DNA from: Planctomycetota bacterium
Lineage (GTDB): Bacteria > Planctomycetota > UBA1135 > UBA2386
Assembly (NCBI GenBank): GCA_046290465.1
Contig: JBKAGP010000001.1
Coordinates: 1,632,001 to 1,696,000, forward strand
Direction: 5' to 3'
Length of the DNA stretch: 64,000 bases
Shown: positions 20,006 through 30,404 of the stretch, piece by piece
Layout: each line of letters begins with the position of its first letter
Numbering within the stretch: position 1 is the first letter of the stretch
Program-made: the position numbers and the translations under genes
The notes under the pieces: generated by a model
Told to the model about the DNA's origin: nothing
Databases searched by the model: none
The model's input: only the letters and a program-made list of their open reading frames with translations

Positions 20006-21088
20006 TCAGGCCAGCATCCTCTGACAGGTGACGAAGATCGCGTCGACCACGATCACCAGGAAGATGCCGAGCACGACCGCGTTGGTGGTCGCGCGACCGA
20101 CGCCTTCGCTGCCGCCCTTGACCCGCAGGCCGAGCGCGCAGCCGACCACGCCGACCGCGGCGCCGAACGTGCACGCCTTGCTCAACGCGACGGCGAAGTC
20201 CGACAGGTGCAGCGCCTGGCGCAGCTGCTGCGCGAACGCGTCGAGCTCGATGCCGGCAACGCCCCACGCGAACAGCGCGCCACCGCACATGCCGACGACG
20301 TCGAACACGACGCTGAGGGTCACCGACGCGAACGCGCAGGCGACCACCTTGGGCGCCACCAGGAACGCCAGCGGCCGGATGCCCATCTGCTCGAGCGCGG
20401 CGATCTCCTCGCTGACGACCATCGAACCGAGCTGCGCGGCGTTGCGCGAGCCGGAGCGCGCCGCCAGCACGATCGCGGTCATCAGCGGGCCGATCTCGGC
20501 CAGCACCGACACGCCGACCATGTCGGCGATGTAGATCTCGGCCCCCCAGACGCGCAGCTGCACGTAGGCCTGCATGGCCAGGATCAGCCCGAGCAGGAAC
20601 GCGATCAGCGTCACGATCGGCAGCGCGCCGGCGGCGCAGTGGTCGACCTCGATCGCGGTCCGGTCCATGCGCAGGAAGCGCCGCCGGAACGGCCCCACCA
20701 CCAGCTCGCCGAACGCGTCGATCGCGGTCGAGGCGACCCCGAGCGCGCCGTCGACCATCGGTTCGACGACACCGCCGAGCCGGGTCACCGGGTCGGGCCG
20801 CGCCGCGCGCGGCTGGTCGGCGACCAGCCGCTCGATCGACACCAGCGAGAAGTAGTCGAGCATCGACTGGCTGACGCCGCGCAGCTTGACCTCGCAGCCG
20901 TGGTCCCGGGCGCGGCGCATGCCGGCGACGACCCCGCCGAGGCCGGCCGAGTCGAACGACTCGACCGCCTCCAGGTCGACGTAGACCCGCCCCGGTCGGC
21001 CGCGCAGGGCGCGGTCCAGGTCGTTCACGAGGGACGTCACGTTGGAGCGGTCCAACGTGGCCCCGGCGGTGATCGTGGGGTGCGACAC
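20006..21088 (-). CDS. mlaE: MlaE permease with N-terminal STAS (MlaB-like) domain
   Basis: DLEAVESFDSAG (STAS); EIGPLMTAIVLAARSGS; GGSEGVGRATT. Confidence 0.9.
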   Translation of the reverse strand: MSHPTITAGATLDRSNVTSLVNDLDRALRGRPGRVYVDLEAVESFDSAGLGGVVAGMRRARDHGCEVKLRGVSQSMLDYFSLVSIERLVADQPRAARPDPVTRLGGVVEPMVDGALGVASTAIDAFGELVVGPFRRRFLRMDRTAIEVDHCAAGALPIVTLIAFLLGLILAMQAYVQLRVWGAEIYIADMVGVSVLAEIGPLMTAIVLAARSGSRNAAQLGSMVVSEEIAALEQMGIRPLAFLVAPKVVACAFASVTLSVVFDVVGMCGGALFAWGVAGIELDAFAQQLRQALHLSDFAVALSKACTFGAAVGVVGCALGLRVKGGSEGVGRATTNAVVLGIFLVIVVDAIFVTCQRMLA

Positions 21089-21279
21089 GGGGGGATGGGG
21101 TTCCTTCGTCCGGTGCTATCGACCGGACGTTCGGCCGCCCTTGACCGTCGAAAGACGGATCCACGGCCCTTGTGCCCTTCCGCTCCGTGTCGAAAGTCGC
21201 AACAATGAGCCGGTCGCAACCTCTCCCTCGCGCGCTCCGTCCCGAGCCAGCCCGGTCGTCCGACCGGGTGTCCCGCAAC

Positions 21280-24200
21280 ATGAAGCCAACGACCCCTCTG
21301 TGGTGCGCCGCCGTCCTGGTGGCCGCCTGTGCCAGCATCACCCCTCCCACCTCGGCCGAGTCGCAGCAGCTCGAGTCGATCCGCAAGCTGATGGCGAGCG
21401 ACCTCGACGCCGCCGCCAACGCCGCCGAGGACCTGCTGCAGGAGAAGCCGACGCTGCGTGAGGCCCGCCTGCTGCTGGCCGAGTGCTCGCTGCAGATGGC
21501 CAACGAACCCGGCCGCTCGGGCAAGCAGTTCCTGCTGATGGACGCGGCCCGCAACTTCGACGAGGCGCTCGACTCGGCCGAGGACGAGCCGTTCGCGCGG
21601 GAGTGGCGTTTGTGCGCCGAGGCCCACTACGCGCTCGGCGAGTTCGACAAGGGCAGCGTGGCGGCCAACCGTTCGGCCAACGGCTTCGCCAAGAAGCCGG
21701 GCCTCGACAACAAGAAGGAGTACGCGACGTCGCGCCTGGTCGGCGCGCGCTGCAACTACCGCATCTTCGTCGAGGAGCGCCAGGCCGAGATCGAGTCCGG
21801 CGACAAGGACCAGAACGGCCTCGTCAAGCCGAGCAAGCGCATCATGACACTGGCCCAGGTCGTCGCCGCCGGCTTCCAGAACGCGCAGCACGACTATCCG
21901 GCCGAGGCCGCGACCACCGTCGCCGACGTGCACAAGTGGCTCGGCCAGACCAGCGAGGTCCAGCGGACCTACGAGGCGGCGGTGAGCAACTGGCCCGCCG
22001 AGACCGGCATCCACGACGCCTACATCGACTGGATGACGCAGAACGGCCAGCACGACGCGCTGGTCGGCGCCTACCGCCGCTTCGTGCGCGAACAGCCGGA
22101 CGCGCCGGTGCTGCGCTGGTTCGAGGGCCGCGCGATCTACCGCCGCGCCGACCAGCTGCGCACCCAGGGCAACTTCCAGGGCGCGATCGCGATCTACCAG
22201 AAGTCGCGCGACGTGTTCGGTGAGTACATCGCCGTGATGCCCAACCACCGCACCTCGTCGGCCCAGTGGCAGGCGCTGTGCGACCTCTCGATCGCGCGCT
22301 GCGCGGCGGACTCCGGCGATCTCGAGAAGGCCACCGAAGTGATGTTCCGCGCCGCCGAGACCGCGCCGGCGACGACCACCTACGTCGACGGCAACCCGCA
22401 GCTGGTCGACGCGTTCGGCAACCACTTCACCGGCGTCGCGTTCGCGATCCACGTCGCGCTGACGCAGGCGCCCGAGAACGCGCTGCAGCGCACGCTAGCG
22501 TTCAACGAGCAGGTGGTGCAGAAGTATCCCGACCGCTGGGGCTTCCTCTACAACAACGCGGCGCTGGCCGCGCGCGACCTCGGCGTGCAGGTCCAGAACG
22601 ACGGCGACGACAAGGCGGCGATGGAGCTGTGGGAGCGCAGCTACCGCTACTACGAGAAGGCGGTGGCGCTGTCGCCGACCGACGCCCGCATCGTCAACGA
22701 CTGCGGCCTGATGCTGATCTACCACCTCGACCGCGACTTCGACCGCGCCCGCGAGTGCTTCGACAAGGCGATCGAGATCGGCACCGCGCAGCTCGCCGAG
22801 CTGTCCGACGACACGCCGGCGCGCGAACGCGAACTGCTCGAGGAAGCCGTCGGGGACGCGTGGCAGAACATCGCCGTGCTGATGCGCGAGCACGAGAAGA
22901 AGCCGTTCGCGGACTACAAGCAGTTCTGCGAGCAGGCGGTCAAGTACTAGCCCTACCAGCGCCGTGAAGCCGCGTCGCTGCTGCGCAACGAGGGCAAGAG
23001 CAACCTCGGCTCGACCGCGCGCGCGCAGCTGCAGAACCGCCTGTCCGGCTCGTCGAAGGGCCAGGGCGGCGCCGCCGAAGCGTTGAAGAAGGCGCAACCG
23101 AAGGTCGACGAAGCGATCGGCAACGAGGACTTCGACGCGGCCCTCAACGTGCTCGACAAGCTGTCGAAGGACTGCAAGGAGTACGCCCCCTACCACTTCC
23201 TGAAGGGCAAGGTCACCTGGATGCTCGCCAACCAGGCGCGCGACAACAACCGCAAGGGCACCGAGTTCTTCTACCAGGACGCGGTGGTCGCGCTGACCCG
23301 CGCGGTCGAGCTGGACGCCGAGCCGAACGAGCCGCGGCAGATGCTGGCGCAGGCCCTCTACGACGCCGGCAACACCGAGAAGGCGACCGAGGCGATCTCG
23401 TCGCTGCTGCTGCACATGCAGTCGCAGGGCGGCGGCTCCGAGGCGGAGAACCTGGCCGCGCACACGGTGCGCGCCAACGCCGCCGGCCGTGCCTACGCGC
23501 AGAAGAAGAGCGGCGGCAGCGACGACCCGACGCTGCTGACCGCGGCGCGCACGTCGATGCGCTGGCTCGAGCAGAAGGGCAAGCTCGACGAGAAGCTGCT
23601 GGCGCTGTGGTCGGCGACCGAGGCCTGGGCCGGCGCGCCGGCCGAGGCGGTCAACGTCTACATCCGCGCTGCCGAGCGCGCCCCCGACGACTTCAACCTG
23701 CTCGAGCAGGTGATCAACACCGCCGCCAACCAGAAGCAGCTGCCGCTCGCCGTCGAGGCGCTCGGCAAGCGCGACGACGCCGGCACGATCTGGTACCGCG
23801 GCAAGGCGCAGTTCTGGCTGGCCGGTGCCGAGCGCCAGTCCGGCAAGGCCGACGAAGCGCTGCAGACGCTCGACGCGTCGCGCAAGAGCTTCGAGCTGTC
23901 GATGCAGAAGAACGCCGGCTACGCCGACAGCTGCAAGCAGTGGATCGCGATGGTCGTCGGCAAGAAGGGCTGCATCACGCTCAACGTCAAGGACGACCGC
24001 GACGCCGCCCAGAAGCTGCTGCTCGAGGCCGCGCAGATGCGGCCCGACATGATCAACCAGGACCTCGGCCTGACCGAGACGATCAAGGGCGGCATCCTGC
24101 GACTGGTCGACTTCTTCTACCGCAAGAACGACCTGAAGCGCGTCGAGCAGATCAGCCGCGCCGCCTCCGACGCCGCCAACAGCGACGTCGACCTGCTCAA

Positions 24201-24660
24201 CAACTCGGGCCTGTTCGCGCGCGACTACGGCAACATCCTCGAGCGGCAGGGCAACAGCGAGGCCGCCCAGGAGATGTACGAGCAGAGCTACAAGGCCTAC
24301 ACGCGGGCCCAGCAGCTCGATCCGAGCAACGTGCGGCTGCGCAACGACTGCGCGCTGATCGCGATCTACCACCTCGAGCGCGACTGGGACCTGGTCAAGA
24401 AGCTGCTCGACGGGGCGATCGAGGACGGCAACAACACGCTCGAGAACAGCCCGCCCGACAACGAGGAGCTCAAGCAACAGCTCGAGGAGGCGGTCGGCGA
24501 CTGCTACGAGAACCTGGCGCTGTGGCACCTCAAGCACAGCAAGGACGCCGAGGCCGCCAAGGCCGCCGCGAAGAAGAGCCAGGACTACCACCCAGGCGCC
24601 CGTCGCCCCGGCGCGGCGCGCCACCTGCGCGCTGCGGAACGCCTCTTGCAAGGCAAGTAG
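21280..24660 (+). pseudogene. Large TPR lipoprotein interrupted by one in-frame TAG at 22948-22950 (nonsense allele, sequence error or read-through)
   Basis: Lipobox LVAAC; ORFs 21172-22950 and 23083-24660 share a frame and are joined by 44 open GC3-rich codons; the two halves are homologous. Confidence 0.75.
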
Positions 24661-24662
24661 GC

Positions 24663-26279
24663 ATGACCGTCGCCATCCGCCTGCTGGCCCCGCTGTTCCT
24701 GCTCGCCGGCCTCGCCTCCCAGGGCGAGGCCGAGCCGTCGCCCGTTGTCGTAACGCAGCAGGAACAGAACGAGCTGCGCCAGACGGCGTTCGCGGCCGAG
24801 AACGCGGGCCGCTTCAGCGACGCGGCGGACGCGTTTCTGAAGCTCTCGAAGGCCGCTCCGGACCGCATCGACTGGGTCGTGGCGGCCGGCCGCTGCCTCG
24901 GCCGCAGCGGCCGCTTCGGCGACGCCGTCGACGTGCTCGACGCGGCCCGCAAGCGCTTCGAAGGCTCGGTCGAGATCAACTCGATGCTGGCCCGCACGCT
25001 GCTGCTGCAGACCGAGCGCGACGTCGGCATGGTGCACCCCGAGGTGCTGTGGGCCGAGGCCGCCGACATCGCCGCCGACGTGCTGCGCCGCGATCCCAAC
25101 CACGCCGACACCCGGCTGCTGCTGGCACAGTCCTACTACCTGCTCGGCCGCTGGGACGACGCGCAGCGCGAGGCCGACGAGGCGGTGCGACGGCACCCCC
25201 GCCGCGCCGGCGCGCACGTGCTGGTCGGCCGCCTCGCGACCGACCGCTTCCGGCTGCACCTCGGCGAACTCGAGCGGGTCGGCACGGACGAACAGGCCCG
25301 CGCCGACGTGATCAAGAAGCTGCACACGCAGCGCACCAAGGCGCAGGAGTCGTTCGCCAAGGCGATCGAACTCGACCCGAGCCGGGCCCACCCGCACGTC
25401 GCACTCAGCAAGCTGGCGACGCTCGACGGCAAGGCGGAGCTGGCCCGTCGGCACCTGACCGACGCGCTGGCGATCGACCCGGAGACTTCGGTCGATCACG
25501 TGCTGCTGACCAAGGGCAAGGACTGGCAGCAGCGCCGCGACTTCTACCGGGGGCTGCGCGAACGGTTCGAACGCAACACATCGCTGCCGGCCGCGGTGCG
25601 CACCCGCAAGGCCTCGGTGCTGACCTTCCACGAGGCGCGCGCGCTGCTCGAGGGCCTGCAGTTCGCGGACGCGCTGGCGGCGTTCCAGGCGGTGCAGCAG
25701 GGCGACCCGGAGGCTGACAACGCCGACTACTACCTGTTCCTCTGCTCCTACTACCTGAAGGACTACGACCGCGCCGAGAACTACGCGGCCGGGTATGCGC
25801 GCCGCAGCGCGCCCGGCTTCGCCGACGTGCTGCGCGAGCTGCCGACCGAGCAGCGCGTGCAGATCGCCGCGATGGTCCAGTACCTCGGCGACCGCGCCTA
25901 CCAGCAGAAGCGCATCGAGAACAGCCGCGACCTCAACCACGTCACGGCTTGCCTGAAGGACTCGGCCGACGCCTGGAACAACCACGCGTTCCTGTGCCGC
26001 GAGACCGGCAAGTTCGAGCGCGCGCTGACGTCGTACCAGTACGCGATCCAGCGCGAGCCGGACTCCCCACAGCTGTGGAACGACGGCGGCGTGGTGCTGC
26101 AGTACCACCTCGCGTCGCCCGAGAACCTGGCCAAGGCCCGCACCATGTACGAGAAGGCCATCGAGCTTGCGGCCAAGGTGCTGGCCGATCCGAAGGCGAC
26201 CGAGCAGCAGCAGGCGTTCGCCCGGGAGGCCGTCAAGAACGCGCGCCTGAACCTGGCCGAGATCGACAAGCAGGCCTAG
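24663..26279 (+). CDS. Exported TPR protein
   Basis: Signal peptide MTVAIRLLAPLFLLAGLASQ; TPR patterns; WNDGGVVLQYHL. Confidence 0.85.
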   Translation: MTVAIRLLAPLFLLAGLASQGEAEPSPVVVTQQEQNELRQTAFAAENAGRFSDAADAFLKLSKAAPDRIDWVVAAGRCLGRSGRFGDAVDVLDAARKRFEGSVEINSMLARTLLLQTERDVGMVHPEVLWAEAADIAADVLRRDPNHADTRLLLAQSYYLLGRWDDAQREADEAVRRHPRRAGAHVLVGRLATDRFRLHLGELERVGTDEQARADVIKKLHTQRTKAQESFAKAIELDPSRAHPHVALSKLATLDGKAELARRHLTDALAIDPETSVDHVLLTKGKDWQQRRDFYRGLRERFERNTSLPAAVRTRKASVLTFHEARALLEGLQFADALAAFQAVQQGDPEADNADYYLFLCSYYLKDYDRAENYAAGYARRSAPGFADVLRELPTEQRVQIAAMVQYLGDRAYQQKRIENSRDLNHVTACLKDSADAWNNHAFLCRETGKFERALTSYQYAIQREPDSPQLWNDGGVVLQYHLASPENLAKARTMYEKAIELAAKVLADPKATEQQQAFAREAVKNARLNLAEIDKQA

Positions 26280-26290
26280 GCCCGTTCTGC

Positions 26291-27022
26291 TCAGCCGCGG
26301 AGCCGGGTCGCCAGGTTGCCGTAGCTGCGGTAGTCGGTGACGTCCGGCGGCCCGGGCGCGTAGCGCCAGGTCAGCGCGGTGACGTCGTCGCGCGGCAGCG
26401 CGATCAGCGAACTCGATACGGTGCCGTAGTCCGCGCCGTGCTTGCAGACGACGTGGAAGCCGACGCCGCCGCGATCGCGCACACACTCGGCGAGCGCATC
26501 GAGCCGCTGGTCGGCCGTCAGGTCCGCCGCCAGCGCCGGGTCGAGGCCGCGCGGCGACCAGCTGCCGGCCTCGTGCTCGTTGGTCAGCGCGACGACCGGC
26601 TCGGGCCACTCGACGCAGCGCACGGAGCCGGCGACGTGGCGGATCACGAAGATCCGTTCGGCGTCGGCCGCGACCAGCTGGAACGACGAGTGCCGCTGCT
26701 GCTCGACGCGCGCCAGCACCGCGTCGACGCCGTGCCGCAGGTCCTCGTGGTCGAGCACCAGGTGCGGCAGATGGCCGCGCGACGGCGCACCGACGACGTT
26801 CTCCTGGCCGTAGACGTTGGTCAGGCCGGCGAACCTGCCGACATCGTCGACCGCCAGCCAGGTGCCGCCGGCGACCCGGTCGCGCGGCGACAGGATGCGG
26901 CGCCGTTCACCGTACCAGATTCCGGGCGGCGAAGCCTTGCGGTCGGTGCGCTCGTCGCGGTTGGCGGCGACGAACAGCGCATGCTCCTGGGTCAGACCTC
27001 GAAGGACGATCAACGAACACAT
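26291..27022 (-). CDS. NRDE family (TANGO2-like) protein
   Basis: MCSL..AANRDE, GGTWL, SRGHL, YGTVSS. Confidence 0.9.
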   Translation of the reverse strand: MCSLIVLRGLTQEHALFVAANRDERTDRKASPPGIWYGERRRILSPRDRVAGGTWLAVDDVGRFAGLTNVYGQENVVGAPSRGHLPHLVLDHEDLRHGVDAVLARVEQQRHSSFQLVAADAERIFVIRHVAGSVRCVEWPEPVVALTNEHEAGSWSPRGLDPALAADLTADQRLDALAECVRDRGGVGFHVVCKHGADYGTVSSSLIALPRDDVTALTWRYAPGPPDVTDYRSYGNLATRLRG

Positions 27023-27027
27023 GGCGA

Positions 27028-28275
27028 TCAGGGGGCGAGCCGGCGCTCCACGCGCCGCAGCAACAACATCCCCGTTCCGGCCACGCCGCACAACAGCGCC
27101 GCGGTCCCGAACGCGATCCGGAAGTCGGTGCCGTCGGCGCGCGCGGCGACGGTCGTGCCGAGCAGCGGCCCGAAGGCGAGGCCCAGCTGGATGCAGCTCT
27201 GCACCAGCGAGAACGCCAGCGTGCGGTTCTCGTCGGCGACGCGCTTGCTGACCGACGAGTAGGCCAGCGTCAGCGACCCGGCCATCAGGCAGGCGACCAC
27301 CATGCGCAGCACCAGGAACTGGTCGATCGACGTCACCAGCGCCATCAGCCCCTGCGCGACGCACAGCCCGAACGCCAGCAGGATCAGGCTGCGCAGCGGT
27401 CCGCGACGGTCGGCCATGCGCCCCCACATCGGCGTGAAGAACCACTGCCCGATCGCCAGCACGCCGAACGCGACGGCGATGGTCCGATCGAGCGCCAGCG
27501 CCTCGGTGTTGCTCCACGCCGCGATCCAGCGCTGCGGGCCCAGTTCGCGCACGAACAGCGACAGCATCGGCTCGAGCATGTTCTGGCCGAGCCGCAGCAC
27601 CAGCAGCAACAGCAGCAGCACCGCGAACACGCGGTTGCCGAGCAGGTCGCCGACCCCGCGCCGGAAGGCGCCGAAGAACGACTGCTGGCGCGCCTTCGCC
27701 GACGGCGGCGACTCGACCGCGCTGACGTAGACCCGCAGCGCGGCCAGCGCCGACAGCGTCGACGCGACCCAGAACAGCGCGCTGCGCCCGAACAGGCTGG
27801 TGATCTCGGCGCCGACGTAGGGACCGACGAACGAGCCCATCGCCATCGCGACCTGCAGCCTCGCGATGATCCGACCGTGCACGTACTTGGGCAGATGGCC
27901 GGACACCAGCGCCATCGCCGGTGCGACGTAGCCGGCGAACATGCCTTGCAGCACACGCGCCCCGACCAGCCACATCGGCGTCGGCGCCAGCGGCATCAGC
28001 GCGGTGGTGATCGCGATCGCCAGGTTGGCGCGCACGGCCATGCGCTTCTTGCCGTAGCGGTCCCCCATCGCGCCCCAGATCGGCCCCATGCAGGCCGCCG
28101 ACAGCGGCCCGACGCCGTAGATCACGCTCGCCCAGAACGCGACCTCCTGGGGGTCCCGGATGCCGAACTCCTCCTCGACGTACAGCGCGAGCACCGGCAG
28201 GAACGCCATCAGGCCCATCGCGGTCGAGAACAGCGCCAGCCAGACCGCCCAGAAGTTGCGTCGCCCGGGATGCAA
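27028..28275 (-). CDS. MFS transporter (DHA1/MdtG-like)
   Basis: About 12 TM; WGAMGDRYGKK and WGRMADRRG motif A. Confidence 0.9.
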   Translation of the reverse strand: MHPGRRNFWAVWLALFSTAMGLMAFLPVLALYVEEEFGIRDPQEVAFWASVIYGVGPLSAACMGPIWGAMGDRYGKKRMAVRANLAIAITTALMPLAPTPMWLVGARVLQGMFAGYVAPAMALVSGHLPKYVHGRIIARLQVAMAMGSFVGPYVGAEITSLFGRSALFWVASTLSALAALRVYVSAVESPPSAKARQQSFFGAFRRGVGDLLGNRVFAVLLLLLLVLRLGQNMLEPMLSLFVRELGPQRWIAAWSNTEALALDRTIAVAFGVLAIGQWFFTPMWGRMADRRGPLRSLILLAFGLCVAQGLMALVTSIDQFLVLRMVVACLMAGSLTLAYSSVSKRVADENRTLAFSLVQSCIQLGLAFGPLLGTTVAARADGTDFRIAFGTAALLCGVAGTGMLLLRRVERRLAP

Positions 28276-28331
28276 GACCCGCTTCTAGTCGCCGGCACCC
28301 GCCGACGACAGCGAAGAATCGGCGGGCGGTC

Positions 28332-30404
28332 TCAGCGCCTGGCGCGGAAGCGGATCACGATGCGCTCCTTCGGCGCGGCACGATCGGGCGTCGGCTCGGG
28401 CTCGGGCGTCAGCCGGAGCTCGGGTTGGCCACCGGGTTGGCCACCGGGTTGGCCACCGGGTCGACCCGCCTGCTGGCCCGCCTGCTGGCCCTCCTGCTGG
28501 TCGGCCGGCCCACCGGTGCGCGGCCGGCCGGCCCCGCCAGCGCCGCCGCCGAGGCCGAGGCCCGCCAGCATGCCGAAGTCCTTCGGCAACGACACGGTCA
28601 CCTCGCCATTGCTCGGCTGGACCGGCGCCTGCTGCCGCAGCCGCGCGAGCAGCCGGGCGATGTCCTTGCGCGTGCCCTCGACCAGCCACTGGCGCTCGGG
28701 CTGAAAAGGACCGCCGCTGCCGCCCGCCCTGCCAGCAGTACTGCCGGCGGTGCTGCCGGTCGCGCCGCCGCGGCCGCCGCCACCAGGCAGCGCCGGCGGC
28801 GGGATCCGCACCAACCGCAGGCCGCCGAGCACCAGCTCGTCTGCCGGCACCTTGCGCCCTTCGCCGGCCGTCGCCTGGCGCTGCTGCGCGCCCCCGGGCT
28901 GCTCCTCGTCGAGCCGCTCCTCGAGCCGTTCGAGCACGCGCTCGAGGCCGAGCGTCAGCTCCGCCTCGCGACGGAACCACGCCCCGAGCGCGACGTCGTC
29001 CGCCGCGCGGGTCGAGCCGAGCAGGAACCCGTCGCTGCCGGCCTGCGCGGACTTCGTCTTCTTCTTCTTCGCGCCGGTGGTGCCGGTCGAGCGCGGCTTC
29101 GACGACTTCTCGGCCGGTTCGAGCCGCTGGCCCTCCTGGGCCTCCAGGGTCGAAGCCGGGATGTCGAACGTCACCGAGGCGAGCCGTTCGACGCCCCACG
29201 TCCCGCGCGACGGCGCGGTGCGGCCACCCGGACCGGGCACGACGTCGCCCGGACCGCGATGCTGCGGACTGCGCGAGCCCGGCCCCGCGGGGCCAGCGGT
29301 CGCCGGGCCGGATGGTCCACCCGTCGTCGGCCCGGCCGGGCCGGGAGCCGTCGGGCCGCCCGGACCGGAAGGAGCCGGACCAAAAGGAGCCCGACCACCC
29401 GAGGAAGGCGCCGGCGCCGACGGCGCCGACGGTCGACCACCGCGGCGCGTGCGCGCCTTCGGTTCGGCCTGCTTCACGCCCTTGTCGACGTCGCCGTTGC
29501 CGTCGCGACGCCCGCGTGCCCGCCCAGCGGCCTCGACCTCGCGGTCCGCGGCACCGACACCCTGCCGGCGGCGGTCCTGTCGCGGTTGCTGCATCCGCGC
29601 CGCCTCGTCGCCGACCTTGGCCATCTTGGCCTCGTCGCCCTTCGTGGCGGCCCGCTTGTCGTCGGCGGATCGATCGCCCGACTCCGCGCGTTCCAGCTCG
29701 GCCCCCGGAGCCCCGACGACCGGAGCCCCGACCACTGGAGCCTCGCCCACCTTCGCCCCCTCGACGAGCGGCTTCTCGTTGGCCTGCTCGGCGGGCACCG
29801 GCGCTGCGTCGGGCTGGCCGAGGTGGCGCCCGGCCTCCCCCTCGCCAGGAACGGCCCGGTTGCCTTCCCGTTTGCTCTCCCGGGCGCCGACCTCGGACTC
29901 CTCGCTCTCGAGCATCCGGCGCACGCCCCTGCGGGACGATGCCCGGTCCTTGGCGGCCTCGGGCGCACCTTCGGGGTCCGGAGCCTTGGCAGGTCGTTCC
30001 TCGACCTGCGCCGCCGTCGCGTCATGTTCTGGCGCCAGCGGCACGCTCCAGCTGTCCACCCACACGGCGATCGCCAGCAGCGCTGCGGCCGAGGCCAGCG
30101 CCAACACGAACGGCCACGTCGAGCGCGGCCGCGGCCCGGCTCCGGCGGCCCGCGTCGCCAGCGTCGCCATCACGCGATCGGCCAGCGCGACGTCCTCGAT
30201 CGGCTGCTGCAGGGCATCACGGATGTCCGCGACCATCGTCTCGTACTCGTCGACCTGCTGCCGCAGCTGCGGGCTGACCCGCAGCTCGGCCTCGAAGCGC
30301 TCGCGGTCGCGCGCGCTCATGCTGCCGTCGACCCAGTCGCAAATGCGCTCGTCGACGTCGGGCACGCCCGCGAACGGGTCCGGTTCGGCGTCGAAGCGGC
30401 TCAT
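28332..30404 (-). CDS. Putative membrane anti-sigma factor with long low-complexity exported region
   Basis: ATGA overlap with the ECF sigma; DWVDGSMS..RERFEAEL..P anti-sigma-like helix, one TM, Pro/Gly-rich tail. Confidence 0.7.
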   Translation of the reverse strand: MSRFDAEPDPFAGVPDVDERICDWVDGSMSARDRERFEAELRVSPQLRQQVDEYETMVADIRDALQQPIEDVALADRVMATLATRAAGAGPRPRSTWPFVLALASAAALLAIAVWVDSWSVPLAPEHDATAAQVEERPAKAPDPEGAPEAAKDRASSRRGVRRMLESEESEVGARESKREGNRAVPGEGEAGRHLGQPDAAPVPAEQANEKPLVEGAKVGEAPVVGAPVVGAPGAELERAESGDRSADDKRAATKGDEAKMAKVGDEAARMQQPRQDRRRQGVGAADREVEAAGRARGRRDGNGDVDKGVKQAEPKARTRRGGRPSAPSAPAPSSGGRAPFGPAPSGPGGPTAPGPAGPTTGGPSGPATAGPAGPGSRSPQHRGPGDVVPGPGGRTAPSRGTWGVERLASVTFDIPASTLEAQEGQRLEPAEKSSKPRSTGTTGAKKKKTKSAQAGSDGFLLGSTRAADDVALGAWFRREAELTLGLERVLERLEERLDEEQPGGAQQRQATAGEGRKVPADELVLGGLRLVRIPPPALPGGGGRGGATGSTAGSTAGRAGGSGGPFQPERQWLVEGTRKDIARLLARLRQQAPVQPSNGEVTVSLPKDFGMLAGLGLGGGAGGAGRPRTGGPADQQEGQQAGQQAGRPGGQPGGQPGGQPELRLTPEPEPTPDRAAPKERIVIRFRARR

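Noticed and set aside
22948..22950. Genome-wide TAG reassignment (genetic code 15 or pyrrolysine)
   Set aside because: TAG terminates many complete genes here (e.g. sulfatase, UDG, secretin) and no pyl genes are in the window
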